DNA of 64,000 bases from Armatimonadota bacterium (lineage in GTDB: Bacteria; Armatimonadota; Hebobacteria; CAIYQO01), in contig JBBRXO010000001.1 in assembly GCA_038248345.1 (NCBI GenBank), positions 58,769-122,768 on the forward strand. The letters are read 5' to 3'. Positions within the stretch are counted from its first letter, which is position 1. Every line of letters begins with the position of its first letter. Made by a program: the position numbers and the translations under genes. Positions 1-9,603 of the stretch are shown here, one piece after another. The notes beneath the pieces are model-generated. The model was not told the origin of the DNA and did not search any database. It saw nothing but the letters and a program-made list of their open reading frames with translations.

Positions 1-722
1 TCGAGGACACCATTAGTCAAACAATTGATATCGTCGATTTTGCAGTCCTTCACATGGAAGTGGAAGATACAATCGCCCAGGGCACGGATGGCGTAGACCG
101 GGTCAACGCCCTGCCAGAAGAGATGACTGGGATCGAAGTTAACGCCAATGTTCTTACCGCAGGCATTGCGCAGACGTAACGCCGTCTCGGCGCTGTACAC
201 CATAAAGCCGGGATGCATCTCCAGCGCCACGCGCACGCCCTTTGACTCTAACATGGCATTCTGCTCTTTCCAGTATGGGATAGCGACTTCATTCCACTGG
301 AAATTCAGGATATCGGTGAAGTCATTTGGCCACGGACAGGTTACCCAATTGGGATACTTCGCCCCAAGCTGGTCACCCGGGCAACCTGAGAAGGTTACTA
401 CGGTGTCGATCCCAAGCATGGAAGCCAGCTCCACCGTCTTTACAAAGACATCATGGTCTTTCTTTGCTAATTCTACATTGGGATGCAACGGGTTACCGTG
501 ACAACTCAAGGCGGAAATAGTCAAACCTCGATCGGTGATCAATTTATGCCATGCCAACGCCTTGCTCTTGTCGGCAACCAGCTCATCCAATGGGCAATGT
601 GCGCCCCCTGGATATGCGCCGGTGCCGATCTCAATAGCCTCGCAACCGGTCTCCACAATGTAATCCAGTGCTTTCTCCAACGGTAACTGGCTGAAGAGCA
701 CCGCGAATACTCCAACTTTCAT
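1..722 (-). CDS. Sugar phosphate isomerase/epimerase (xylose-isomerase-like TIM barrel); C-terminal end lies outside the window
   Basis: Not in the ORF track because it runs off the window edge. My reverse-strand translation from ATG (722-720) reads MKVGVFAVLFSQLPLEKALDYIVETGCEAIEIG...VALEMHPGFMVYSAETALRL...IFHFHVKDCKIDD with no stop down to position 1. A GGGAGGA Shine-Dalgarno sits 7 nt upstream. The pattern is typical of the xylose-isomerase-like TIM-barrel family. Confidence 0.8.
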   Translation of the reverse strand, partial: MKVGVFAVLFSQLPLEKALDYIVETGCEAIEIGTGAYPGGAHCPLDELVADKSKALAWHKLITDRGLTISALSCHGNPLHPNVELAKKDHDVFVKTVELASMLGIDTVVTFSGCPGDQLGAKYPNWVTCPWPNDFTDILNFQWNEVAIPYWKEQNAMLESKGVRVALEMHPGFMVYSAETALRLRNACGKNIGVNFDPSHLFWQGVDPVYAIRALGDCIFHFHVKDCKIDDINCLTNGVL

Positions 723-877
723 TTTTCATCCTCCCGTATTTTGCCCAAATGAGACTGGGCGTTTATTTCTAGCGTTATTCCATAGTTACCAGCAACACCA
801 TACTAAATCCTGCAATTATCTCCTTTTTTGTGAAACTTTTTCTGATTTACTGGTATAATTTGTTGGTGGTAGAAAAA

Positions 878-2026
878 ATGCGACTATCCGCGCTACTGGT
901 TTTAATAATAATAGGCATATCTGTGTGGGCGGCGGAGAATAAGCCTCCCGCACCCCCGCCAGTTGCGACCCTTACCGCCATGTGGAGCGACGCACAATTT
1001 ACCGGCATTGAAGAGGTAGAGGCGGAGATTTTGCGTCTGACTAACGATGCCCGCGCCAGACAGCGTTTACCGGCATTGTCCCTCGATGCTAGATTGCGCG
1101 CGGCAGCACGGCAGCATAGCCAGGAGATGGGCAACAAAAACTATTTTGAGCATAATTCACCGGAGGAGAACTGGCATTCACCCGCGCAACGCTGCTATCT
1201 GGCGGGGTTTTGGGGCCAGCTGACGGGAGAAAATATCGCCGCTATTCAAATAGCAGGTATCATGACGCCAGCTTGCGAACAATTCCCCACCCCACTGGCA
1301 GTGGCGCAACGGCTGGTGGAAAACTGGCTCAATTCTCCCCCGCACCGCAAAAATATCATGGATAAAGATTACAAACTACTGGGGGTAGGAGTAACCCTTA
1401 AAGATGATCAAGTGTTGGCCACCCAGGAGTTCGGCAAGGAGCTGGCCACTATTGAAAAGGCAACACTTACCCCCTACACCGGTGAGCAAATTGTTGTTGA
1501 CTTTAAAATTAAGGCGACAACCGGCGCCGAGATAAAACTATGGGTGAATCAATCCTATCGCCAGACCATAATCGCCCCATCGAAGGAGTTCACTGTCTCT
1601 ACTATGCTCCCACGTCATGCCGGAACTATTCCTTGTGCGTTTTCCGTGGGCAACATGGCCGCTTTTCAAACTCTGGTTAACACCGATCTCCAACTACCTA
1701 CGGTAACGTTGGACACCTATTTCGCCGATCCGGAGATCAGCTTTCAAAAGGGCAGCGTATCAGTGGAACTGGTGACTGGTTTGAAACTGCAGGTTACAGG
1801 CCACTTACCGCCGGGGCAAGGGGCTGTAGCTATCACCAATTACAAAGAACTGATGCTAAACCTGACCCCTGACCAGACCAATAATATGGACTTCACCCTT
1901 GTGCTGCCGCAGAGTAACAAACCCTACCGCATCGGCATCTTCCGTGGCAACATCGGAGAATATCTGCTCTTTGTTGATACCAGTAAGCCCCTCATTGAAG
2001 CGTTCCAGGGACGCCCGCTGGTGTGA
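878..2026 (+). CDS. Secreted CAP/SCP (YkwD-like) domain protein with a ~200-aa C-terminal extension
   Basis: ORF track 830..2026. I place the start at ATG 878 because MRLSALLVLIIIGISVWA looks like a signal peptide. LRLTNDARARQRLPAL...HSQEMGNKNYFEHNSP...GENIA...WLNSPPHRKNIMDKDYKLLGVGV matches the CAP/SCP signature as I know it. Confidence 0.8.
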   Translation: MRLSALLVLIIIGISVWAAENKPPAPPPVATLTAMWSDAQFTGIEEVEAEILRLTNDARARQRLPALSLDARLRAAARQHSQEMGNKNYFEHNSPEENWHSPAQRCYLAGFWGQLTGENIAAIQIAGIMTPACEQFPTPLAVAQRLVENWLNSPPHRKNIMDKDYKLLGVGVTLKDDQVLATQEFGKELATIEKATLTPYTGEQIVVDFKIKATTGAEIKLWVNQSYRQTIIAPSKEFTVSTMLPRHAGTIPCAFSVGNMAAFQTLVNTDLQLPTVTLDTYFADPEISFQKGSVSVELVTGLKLQVTGHLPPGQGAVAITNYKELMLNLTPDQTNNMDFTLVLPQSNKPYRIGIFRGNIGEYLLFVDTSKPLIEAFQGRPLV

Positions 2027-2094
2027 TAGCGCACACAAAACGACCGCCCCACACTAAAGCATGAAGGCGGCCGTGTCATCTCCACGATACTGGA

Positions 2095-4089
2095 TTACTC
2101 TACAACTACCATCTGATGATAATTCAACTCCGGCACGGTGGTCTTCAATATGCCGTCCGCTATAGTATACGCCAGGTCAATGCCTTGCGGCGCCAGATAT
2201 ACCCGTTTTGGCTTGGCAGTGGTGCGTAGCTTTACTTCTACATTGTATACCGGCAGAATATCCTCGATGACTTCGATTCCCTCGCCGCGTTTCACCGGGC
2301 TGGCGTAAAGCAGATGCACGATAGTACGCTTCTCCGCAACCTGGTACATCACCGTCTGCACACCCTGTGCAGGCAAGGAGGTGGTGAGTGTTGGCGCTGG
2401 CAGCAACGTCCTCAGACCATGCAGGACGATATCGCGCAGGACATTCTGTCCTTTTTTGGCATATAAATCGAAGACCGGGAAAGCGCAGTAGACGGTATTT
2501 GCCGTGCTCACCATCGCCGCTCCGGCAGCTTCCATGGTATTGGGCGCATGCTGATGCGAGCAGAAATGCAACAGATCGCGATTGAAGAAGGGATGCTGTA
2601 ATTCTGCCAGCACTTTCCCAGTCTTATTGGTGATATCTTTGGCTGGTGAATACATCACAAATGCTGCATCTGCCCAGTTGGCCAGCTCAAAGTTCGGCAC
2701 GATATATTCGGGAGAGAAAGCGCTCTCTCCTTGATATTTCACGCCAAAATCCAGCGTGAAGGCTTGTCGCTGACTATCAAGTGCGCTCTCCCACGTGGCG
2801 AATATCTTTCCTCCACCGGCGAGATATTTCTCCAATTGTGCTTGCAATACGCCATTAACTGGAATAGCGTCTGGCAAAATCAACAATTTATATTTGCTTA
2901 AATCACTCGATGAATCCAGCACATCGTACAACAACCCACCTTCCTGCAGAATACGCACCACACCTGCGTCAGATGCGCCGGTAAAAGCGCTGGGGCCGGT
3001 TTGCGCATCATGGTTGGTGAAGGCCTCTAGCGAGAAGACTCCGATATCAGCGATGCTGGTGACGCCGCTGCACCATGCCTCCTTCGCTTCCACCTCGGCA
3101 TAGGCAGCACCGATGAGCGTGTAGGTGGCTTTGTCCAACTGACCGTACGGGTGCATCTGGTCGCCCACCGAGATTTTCGCGCCGTTGGCCAGGGACAATG
3201 CCGTCTCATAGCGCAACGCATTGGGATGCTTGTAGCCGCCGAACTCGCCCCAGGAAGTGTGGAACTTGCCGGTCATGCCCAGGAACTCAAAGCCCAATCC
3301 CTGCACGTACCGTGCTGATAAGGGGAAGTGGTCATAGCCCCAGCCACCGGTGGGTAATGATTCCAACTCGAAGTGATGAGTATTTAAGAAGGCTAGCTCG
3401 CGGTCGCCACGGGCTATATGCCCGCCATTATGGAAGACGCGCACGTTCGGCTTAATAGCATGGACGGCAGCGTTGATCCGCCGAGCATAATTAATATAGG
3501 TTTCGCGCGCCAGCGTCATCTGATCTTCTTTATTGCGTGGATCCATGCCACGTTTCATCATCTCACGGTAGCAATATTGGCAACAACAATCGCGCACGCC
3601 GACGATATCGAAAAATAAACCTTCAAAGAGGTCATACCGGCGTACCACTTCTTCCGCCTGTTCAATCAGGTAATCCAGATAAGGCGACCGCATGCAGAAC
3701 TCATGATAGCCAGCATCCAGCCAGCCGGACCAGGAGTAACCGCCGTTGGGTAGCATCCGCAGCCACTCGCTGTGGGTGCGCGACAACTTCTCATCAAGCC
3801 CAGCGGAGATGTAGACGGGGGTCTGCACACCGATCTCATGCGCGGCTTCGATCATCTCCCCGGTAAGGTCCAAGCCGTGCTTCAAAGTCGGGTGTGTGGC
3901 GCCGTTCGCCACTGCAGTCGGGTGGTATGACCAGCCGTGGTGGCATTTACTAAAAATGGTGATGGAGCTGACGTGCCCCAATTGCAACATCTGCTGAAAA
4001 TGCGCCTTATCCCAATCTTTCCCTACCCCCGGTATAGCCTCAGAGGTGTGGAAGTCAAGGTGAATCTGACGAAAAGGTAATTGATCCAT
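2095..4089 (-). CDS. Putative glycoside hydrolase, GHL6-like TIM barrel plus beta-galactosidase-trimerisation/amidotransferase-like module
   Basis: ORF track, 664 aa, with GGAGAG SD before ATG 4089. FRQIHLDFHTSE...SKCHHGWSYHPT resembles the 'hypothetical glycosyl hydrolase 6' family. KYKLLILPD...GGGKIFATWES resembles the class-I amidotransferase-like trimerisation module. The family assignment is from memory; the coding call itself is strong. Confidence 0.65.
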   Translation of the reverse strand: MDQLPFRQIHLDFHTSEAIPGVGKDWDKAHFQQMLQLGHVSSITIFSKCHHGWSYHPTAVANGATHPTLKHGLDLTGEMIEAAHEIGVQTPVYISAGLDEKLSRTHSEWLRMLPNGGYSWSGWLDAGYHEFCMRSPYLDYLIEQAEEVVRRYDLFEGLFFDIVGVRDCCCQYCYREMMKRGMDPRNKEDQMTLARETYINYARRINAAVHAIKPNVRVFHNGGHIARGDRELAFLNTHHFELESLPTGGWGYDHFPLSARYVQGLGFEFLGMTGKFHTSWGEFGGYKHPNALRYETALSLANGAKISVGDQMHPYGQLDKATYTLIGAAYAEVEAKEAWCSGVTSIADIGVFSLEAFTNHDAQTGPSAFTGASDAGVVRILQEGGLLYDVLDSSSDLSKYKLLILPDAIPVNGVLQAQLEKYLAGGGKIFATWESALDSQRQAFTLDFGVKYQGESAFSPEYIVPNFELANWADAAFVMYSPAKDITNKTGKVLAELQHPFFNRDLLHFCSHQHAPNTMEAAGAAMVSTANTVYCAFPVFDLYAKKGQNVLRDIVLHGLRTLLPAPTLTTSLPAQGVQTVMYQVAEKRTIVHLLYASPVKRGEGIEVIEDILPVYNVEVKLRTTAKPKRVYLAPQGIDLAYTIADGILKTTVPELNYHQMVVVE

Positions 4090-4288
4090 GGTAGCTCTCC
4101 CAATTTTCTATCTTTTTTTTTTTTGCTGATAACCAACATGCAGCAATAGCAAATTCGCCACTGTACCAGTGTATACCTTTTCGTATCTCCTCTATTCAGG
4201 AATAACTTTTGAAATAACCTCCATAGAGCCAGAATCATTGACAAAAAGAAAGAAAAGCGTTACTTTCAGCCAGGATATAGTTAAAAAA

Positions 4289-7200
4289 ATGGGGGTTGCC
4301 ATGTTTGACTCTTTGTTCTCTGCCGTTGGGCGATATGTTTCCCACTGGCCAGTGATCTTGCTACTGCTACTAGCACCGGCTGTTTGGAGTGCGGAAGGGG
4401 CGGCGGTATTCCAGCCGGAAGACTATATCGTCGTCTCCGGCGCTACTTCCCCGCGCGTGGCCTATGCTGTGCGCCAGGAGGGGGGGGATTTCCTCCTCGC
4501 TCTTGAAGTGCAGCCCCTCGCCGCTGACGGTACCGGTACATCGGTAAACGTAGGCGTTGCCGCGGCACAAACACTGTTGCTTACAGATGCCGACGCTACC
4601 GTCACCCGCGGGAAGGAGATGGCGCTTTACCTCTTCACTGTACCCGCGACGAAAATTGTTACTAATGATGCGGACTGGGCGCGACTGCGGCTGGGTATAG
4701 CCGTTGCCTGGGGTGGCGGAGCGCTGGGAGCCGACCGCCAACGCGAGCGCTATTTGCATTTAAACAGCGCTTCCGCACATGCCGGGTTGTCAAAGAACAA
4801 ACTGGATTGGGCACCGTTAGATTTGACGGAATACGCCACACTGATCGCGGATCGAAAAAGCCGCATCACTATCAATTTTACACAGCCGATGGACGGCAAA
4901 GCCAGCATCATCATTGAGGACGCAAAGGGAAACCGCATCCGCAACCTCATTTCCGGGCAATCATTCAGCAAGGGCAAGCACAACGTGGTGTGGGATGGGC
5001 TGGATGAGCAGGGCAACGTGGTCGCACCCGGTGCCTTCCTCTGGCGCTCTATTAATCATCCGGGCATTACGCCAGATTATCAATTCGCCTTCTGTAACGA
5101 CGCTGGCCCCAATCACAGCTGCTTCAACGCCGCAACAGCAAGTAAAGACCTGGTCTTCTTTGGAGCACCGATCACTGAAGGTGGCTATGCGCTGATGAGC
5201 ATTGATGCAACGGGGACAGTGCAACAGACCTTCAGACCGCTGATGGGCACTGGCATTGAGAAGGTGGCGCTGGCCGTCGATGACCAGTACCTGTATGTGG
5301 CACATGACGGTAGCCCCTGGGGTAATACCCCGATCAAGTTATTATCCATCACCCGCTTCAACCTGAAAAACGGCCAAAGCGTTGATTTCCCCGGCGGCAA
5401 ACGATATGTCGAAATCAGCAACCGGCCTACAAAAGATGGTAAAATGCTTGACTTGGGAGGTTTAGCCTATCTGGACGGTAAGCTCTACTTGAGCAGTCGC
5501 CTGAATAATGCCCTGCTCGTATTGGATGCAGCCACCTGCGCAAAGGTCAGCGAGATAAAACTCGATGCTCCTGGCACGCTATGTGTAGACGGGAAGAACC
5601 TCCTCGCTGTCGCTGGCGCCACCGTCACCCGAGTCGATCTGGTGAAAAACGTAGTGACCACCATTGTCCCTGCCGGGATCATCTCTCCACAGGGGATCGC
5701 AGTGGATGCCAAGGGTACCATCTATATAAGCGACAGCGAAACGAACACGGTGAAGGTCTTCACCGCCACTGGCGAACTGGTAAAGACGCTGGGCAAGCCC
5801 GGTGGTCTCCTCGCCGGCCCCTACGATTCTGAACGCATGGTAAACCCGCGCGGGTTGGCTATTGCACCCAACGGCTGGCTGTGGGTGACAGAAGAACGCT
5901 GGACACCCAAGCGCTACGTGGCATGGGATACGGCTACCGGCAAAGTAGCAGCGGAGAAATTCGGCCCCACCTCCTATGGCGCCGGTGGCGCCGGTTTCGA
6001 CAGCGCCGATGCTTCTAATTGGGTCGGGTTGGGCACACAGTGGAAGCTGGATATCGCCAAAAAAACAGCCGTACCGAAGAGTGTACTGGGCTCCGCTTTT
6101 GGCGCGACGCACTACAAATACTTACATAAGGACGGACGCACGTTCCTCATCGGTTTTAGCGGCTACACCACTATAGGCGAGTTGCTCCCCGACGGCTCGG
6201 TGAAAGACCTGGCCTGCATCGCCTCTGTCCACCGCTTTAGCTTCGGTATGGACTGGAACCCACCGCAGGCATTCATCGACGCCTTCAATGCCGCGTATCC
6301 GACGCGCATAGGTAAGCATAGCGATAAAGGCCCCGGCATGTTATGGGTGGATAAAAACGGGGACGGGAAGATGGATGCAGACGAGTTCACCTTCTCCACC
6401 GCTGTTGATAACTTTGCTGGAGCGTATTGGGGCCATGACCAATATGACCTGACGCTACGCTTGCCCGCCATGGTGAAGGGTAAGAGCGTGATGGCTGTAA
6501 TGAAACCGGATGGATATTACCCCGGCGGCGCTCCTAAATATCCGACACTAAATGAGGCCTGCCTGGCTGGCATTCCCATCTCTCTTGGATACTGTGAGGT
6601 GGAAACCACCGTTGATCACTTTGGCAACTTATTGGTTAATTCCGATCCTAATATGACCAGCTTCGCGCCGGACGGCACCTTGCGCTGGACCTTCCCTAAC
6701 CGCTGGACAAACGTCCAAGGCTCCCAGCAGGCTCCGTTACCGGAGACTGGCGTAATGCAAGGAGCGCTCTTCTTCCTGGGTACAGCACCGCTGGACGATA
6801 AAGCTGATGTCTTCATGATGAACGGCAACCATGGCCGCTTCTATGTGCTCACCTCAGACGGCTTCTACCTGGATGAAATGTTCAAGGATGTGCGGCTGGG
6901 CGGTGCTTGGGACAACTACATGATCGGCGGCGAATGCTTCGGCGGGTTCTTCGGCAAAGCAGCAGACGGCAACTATTACCTGCAAAGCGGAGGCATAGAA
7001 TACCGCATCTTCAAATTGAACGGTCTGGATAAGGTGAAGCGTGCGCAAGGAATGCAGTGGGTTACAGCGGCGCAAGTAGCGGCTGCAGAACGCAGCCGCA
7101 TGAAACAGGTAGTGGCCACCACTGATCCGAAAACAGCGGAGATCATGACAGCGGCAAAAGCGCCAAAGATCGGCGACAATGACAACAACTGGCCAGCTGC

Positions 7201-7813
7201 CCCCACCGCACGTTGGGTTAAAGGGCAGTACACCGTCGATACTCGCGTCTCCTACGATGCGGAAAACCTGTATCTTAATTACCTGGTGAAGGATCCTTCG
7301 CCATGGAAGAATACCGGCCAAGACTGGACAATGCTCTTTAAAACCGGTGATTCCATTGACATGCAGCTGGGCACTAATCCAGACACCAACCCCAGCCGCA
7401 CCGGCCCTGTTCTAGGTGACCTGCGCTTACTCATCGCGCCGTTCAATGGCGAGAACATCGCTGTACTTTACCAGCACCGCCTCCCCGCGGCAACAGATGG
7501 CGTAACCTTCACTAGCCCGTGGCGCAGCGAACGCGTGGATTCGGTGAAGCGCCTGACCACCGCACGTATCGCCGTGAAGGTTGAGCGCGGCCAGTATCGT
7601 GTCGAAGCCGCCATCCCGCTGGTCGAGCTTGGTTTCAAACCAATCCCCGGCAAATCATATAGAGTTGATTTCGGTGCCCTTGGCGGCGACGACGACGGGA
7701 TGATTACCCTGCTCCGCGCTTACTGGTCTAACCAGTTCACCGGGCTGGTGAACGATGTACCGGGAGAGATCATGCTGACACCAACGGCATGGGGAACAGT
7801 GGAGTTCAAGTAA
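4289..7813 (+). CDS. Large secreted protein: FlgD-Ig-like domain, NHL-type beta-propeller(s), C-terminal CBM9/DOMON-like module
   Basis: ORF track 4169..7813. The likely start is ATG 4289 (or 4301), just before the signal peptide FDSLFSAVGRYVSHWPVILLLLLAPAVWSAEG. FlgD-Ig-like segment: ITINFTQPMDGKASIIIEDAKGNRIRNLISGQSFSKGKHNVVWDGLDEQGNVVAPGAFLWRSI. NHL-like blades: PQGIAVDAKGTIYISDSETNTVKVF and NPRGLAIAPNGWLWVTE. C-terminal module: VSYDAENLYLNYLVKDPSPW...GDSIDMQLG. Confidence 0.8.
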   Translation: MGVAMFDSLFSAVGRYVSHWPVILLLLLAPAVWSAEGAAVFQPEDYIVVSGATSPRVAYAVRQEGGDFLLALEVQPLAADGTGTSVNVGVAAAQTLLLTDADATVTRGKEMALYLFTVPATKIVTNDADWARLRLGIAVAWGGGALGADRQRERYLHLNSASAHAGLSKNKLDWAPLDLTEYATLIADRKSRITINFTQPMDGKASIIIEDAKGNRIRNLISGQSFSKGKHNVVWDGLDEQGNVVAPGAFLWRSINHPGITPDYQFAFCNDAGPNHSCFNAATASKDLVFFGAPITEGGYALMSIDATGTVQQTFRPLMGTGIEKVALAVDDQYLYVAHDGSPWGNTPIKLLSITRFNLKNGQSVDFPGGKRYVEISNRPTKDGKMLDLGGLAYLDGKLYLSSRLNNALLVLDAATCAKVSEIKLDAPGTLCVDGKNLLAVAGATVTRVDLVKNVVTTIVPAGIISPQGIAVDAKGTIYISDSETNTVKVFTATGELVKTLGKPGGLLAGPYDSERMVNPRGLAIAPNGWLWVTEERWTPKRYVAWDTATGKVAAEKFGPTSYGAGGAGFDSADASNWVGLGTQWKLDIAKKTAVPKSVLGSAFGATHYKYLHKDGRTFLIGFSGYTTIGELLPDGSVKDLACIASVHRFSFGMDWNPPQAFIDAFNAAYPTRIGKHSDKGPGMLWVDKNGDGKMDADEFTFSTAVDNFAGAYWGHDQYDLTLRLPAMVKGKSVMAVMKPDGYYPGGAPKYPTLNEACLAGIPISLGYCEVETTVDHFGNLLVNSDPNMTSFAPDGTLRWTFPNRWTNVQGSQQAPLPETGVMQGALFFLGTAPLDDKADVFMMNGNHGRFYVLTSDGFYLDEMFKDVRLGGAWDNYMIGGECFGGFFGKAADGNYYLQSGGIEYRIFKLNGLDKVKRAQGMQWVTAAQVAAAERSRMKQVVATTDPKTAEIMTAAKAPKIGDNDNNWPAAPTARWVKGQYTVDTRVSYDAENLYLNYLVKDPSPWKNTGQDWTMLFKTGDSIDMQLGTNPDTNPSRTGPVLGDLRLLIAPFNGENIAVLYQHRLPAATDGVTFTSPWRSERVDSVKRLTTARIAVKVERGQYRVEAAIPLVELGFKPIPGKSYRVDFGALGGDDDGMITLLRAYWSNQFTGLVNDVPGEIMLTPTAWGTVEFK

Positions 7814-7819
7814 GTCATT

Positions 7820-7850
7820 AATCGGTCAGATCAACATGATCTGACCGATT
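7820..7850 (+). other. Perfect 13-bp stem-loop between the first and second genes of the secreted cluster
   Basis: AATCGGTCAGATC (7820-7832), loop AACAT, GATCTGACCGATT (7838-7850). No U-tract follows, and the next gene's SD and ATG lie 15-25 nt downstream. Confidence 0.6.
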
Positions 7851-7874
7851 GAACAAATAGATGGAGGAATTAAT

Positions 7875-9590
7875 ATGTATTACTACCGCACACTTCTCGC
7901 GCTAATTGCGCTCATCATGGCGCTACCTGCCTTCGCCGCGATCCGTTGCGATGGCATTCTCGGCAACTCCGGTGAAGAGGGGGCGACACTAGTGCGCTTC
8001 GCACCAGCAGGAGCGGCGGGCATGGGCGTCGCCTATGATCGCTTCGGTTCCCTATGGGATCGCGCCGGGGACGGGCAGTTGAACTGTTATGCGGTGGATG
8101 GCCGGTTGTTAGCGACGTATAAAATACCACTCGGCAACGCCGGCTGGAACAACCAGCATCAGTTGGCGCTGGTAGGCGATTTGCTGGTGCTCTGCATGCA
8201 GGGTAAACTCTACACCCTCCCCGTCACTGCTCCGGCTGGCACAGAGGCTAAGCTGCTGAAGTGCGCAGCGGAGCGCATATCGTTCAATGCGGTGCAGGGA
8301 AAACTGGCAATCTACAATAAAGGTACACTCTCCTTGGTTGACCCCACAACCAGCGCAACAACACCAGTTTGCGAGATAACAGGTGGGGCCATGTGGATAG
8401 ATATGGACGCCGACGGGGCGATTTATACAGTGGGCGGCGATTGGAAGTTGCATAAGTACGTCGCTGGCAAGGAGATCACTGATGGCTGGCCGAAAGCCGC
8501 ACCCGGCGAGCGCCCGCAAGTGATCGACGACGCCTGGTTCGGTCACACCTGGCATGGTACCATCAAGCGCTTTACCACGACACTGGAACCAAATCCTGGC
8601 GTGGTACTTGGTGGCGCCTCCGGTTCTTTCCTCGGACACCTCGATCAGAACTCAGAACTGAACAAAGGCTGCGGTATGGCGAAAATCCATGACGACCTCT
8701 ATGCAGTCTCCGGCATTGGTGGTATATTGCAGCTACTGAAGTGGGATAATGAGAAGCGGCAGATGACCGTCATCCGCCGTATTGGTTCAATTCCCGCGTG
8801 CCAGGGTTTGGGACTAGATCGTGCTGGCAACGTCTGGTGGTACGCCGGTTCGTGGAAATGGAACGACACCCCCGATGCGCCATTGCGCAACGGCGTTAAC
8901 GCCCCGGATTATCCCGGTGTAAGCCAGGTGGTAATGCTGGATAACGACATGATGGTCGGTGTTGGCTGGTTATGGGGTTTGCCCAACTTCTATTCTGGAC
9001 GTCTCACCGGCGAGGTGGCTGGCGACCGTAAAGAATGCACCCTTGCAAAGAATGCCATCGGTTCCGCCGTCTACCGCCAGGACGGGAAATTGACAATGTT
9101 AGTGGTCAATAAAACGGGGGGCGCCGAGGCTTATACCATCAACAATGAAGGTCGCTTCGTCGTCGACGTTGGCCCGGTAACGCTGACCACTGCCACCCCC
9201 GTGATAGAGTGGACGACGTTGGCAATGCAAAACGCTGACACCTTACTGGGGGCCGCCGACGGCCAAGTGATTGTCTTCGCCCGCGATGGAAAGAACTGGA
9301 AAGAAATCCGCCGCTGGCAGAATTGGGGAACGACCGACACCGACAAATTCGGCGGAAAAATCTATCTTACCTCAGATGCTGGCCGCCTCTGGGTTTCCGA
9401 CCGCGAGCGCCATCGCGTACTTGCTTTCAACCTCGCCGACGAAAAGCTTATCACTACTTTCGGTACTACCGATACTCATGGCGATGACCTGGTGAGCTTG
9501 ACCAATCCAGAAGTAATAGCCGCCCGTGACAATCGAGCGGTAGTATATGACCAGGGTAACCAACGCCTCGTAAAGCTGGCGATCGACTAG
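7875..9590 (+). CDS. Secreted beta-propeller-like protein (NHL-like C-terminal blades), function unknown
   Basis: ORF track, 571 aa. GGAGGA SD precedes the ATG. Signal peptide MYYYRTLLALIALIMALPAFA. C-terminal RLWVSDRERHRVLAFNL...AVVYDQGNQRLVKL resembles NHL repeats. Confidence 0.75.
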   Translation: MYYYRTLLALIALIMALPAFAAIRCDGILGNSGEEGATLVRFAPAGAAGMGVAYDRFGSLWDRAGDGQLNCYAVDGRLLATYKIPLGNAGWNNQHQLALVGDLLVLCMQGKLYTLPVTAPAGTEAKLLKCAAERISFNAVQGKLAIYNKGTLSLVDPTTSATTPVCEITGGAMWIDMDADGAIYTVGGDWKLHKYVAGKEITDGWPKAAPGERPQVIDDAWFGHTWHGTIKRFTTTLEPNPGVVLGGASGSFLGHLDQNSELNKGCGMAKIHDDLYAVSGIGGILQLLKWDNEKRQMTVIRRIGSIPACQGLGLDRAGNVWWYAGSWKWNDTPDAPLRNGVNAPDYPGVSQVVMLDNDMMVGVGWLWGLPNFYSGRLTGEVAGDRKECTLAKNAIGSAVYRQDGKLTMLVVNKTGGAEAYTINNEGRFVVDVGPVTLTTATPVIEWTTLAMQNADTLLGAADGQVIVFARDGKNWKEIRRWQNWGTTDTDKFGGKIYLTSDAGRLWVSDRERHRVLAFNLADEKLITTFGTTDTHGDDLVSLTNPEVIAARDNRAVVYDQGNQRLVKLAID

Positions 9591-9603
9591 GAGGTCAAAG
9601 AAT

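Noticed and set aside
4169-4288. N-terminal extensions offered by the ORF track (4169 for the big secreted protein, 830 for the CAP protein, 42218 for the recombinase, 21211 and 21521 for the TA genes, 58638 and 59747 for the paralogs)
   Set aside because: The extensions precede obvious signal peptides or conserved N-termini, lack SD sequences, and in the recombinase case overlap the Lrp gene by about 100 nt. Internal starts with SDs fit better.
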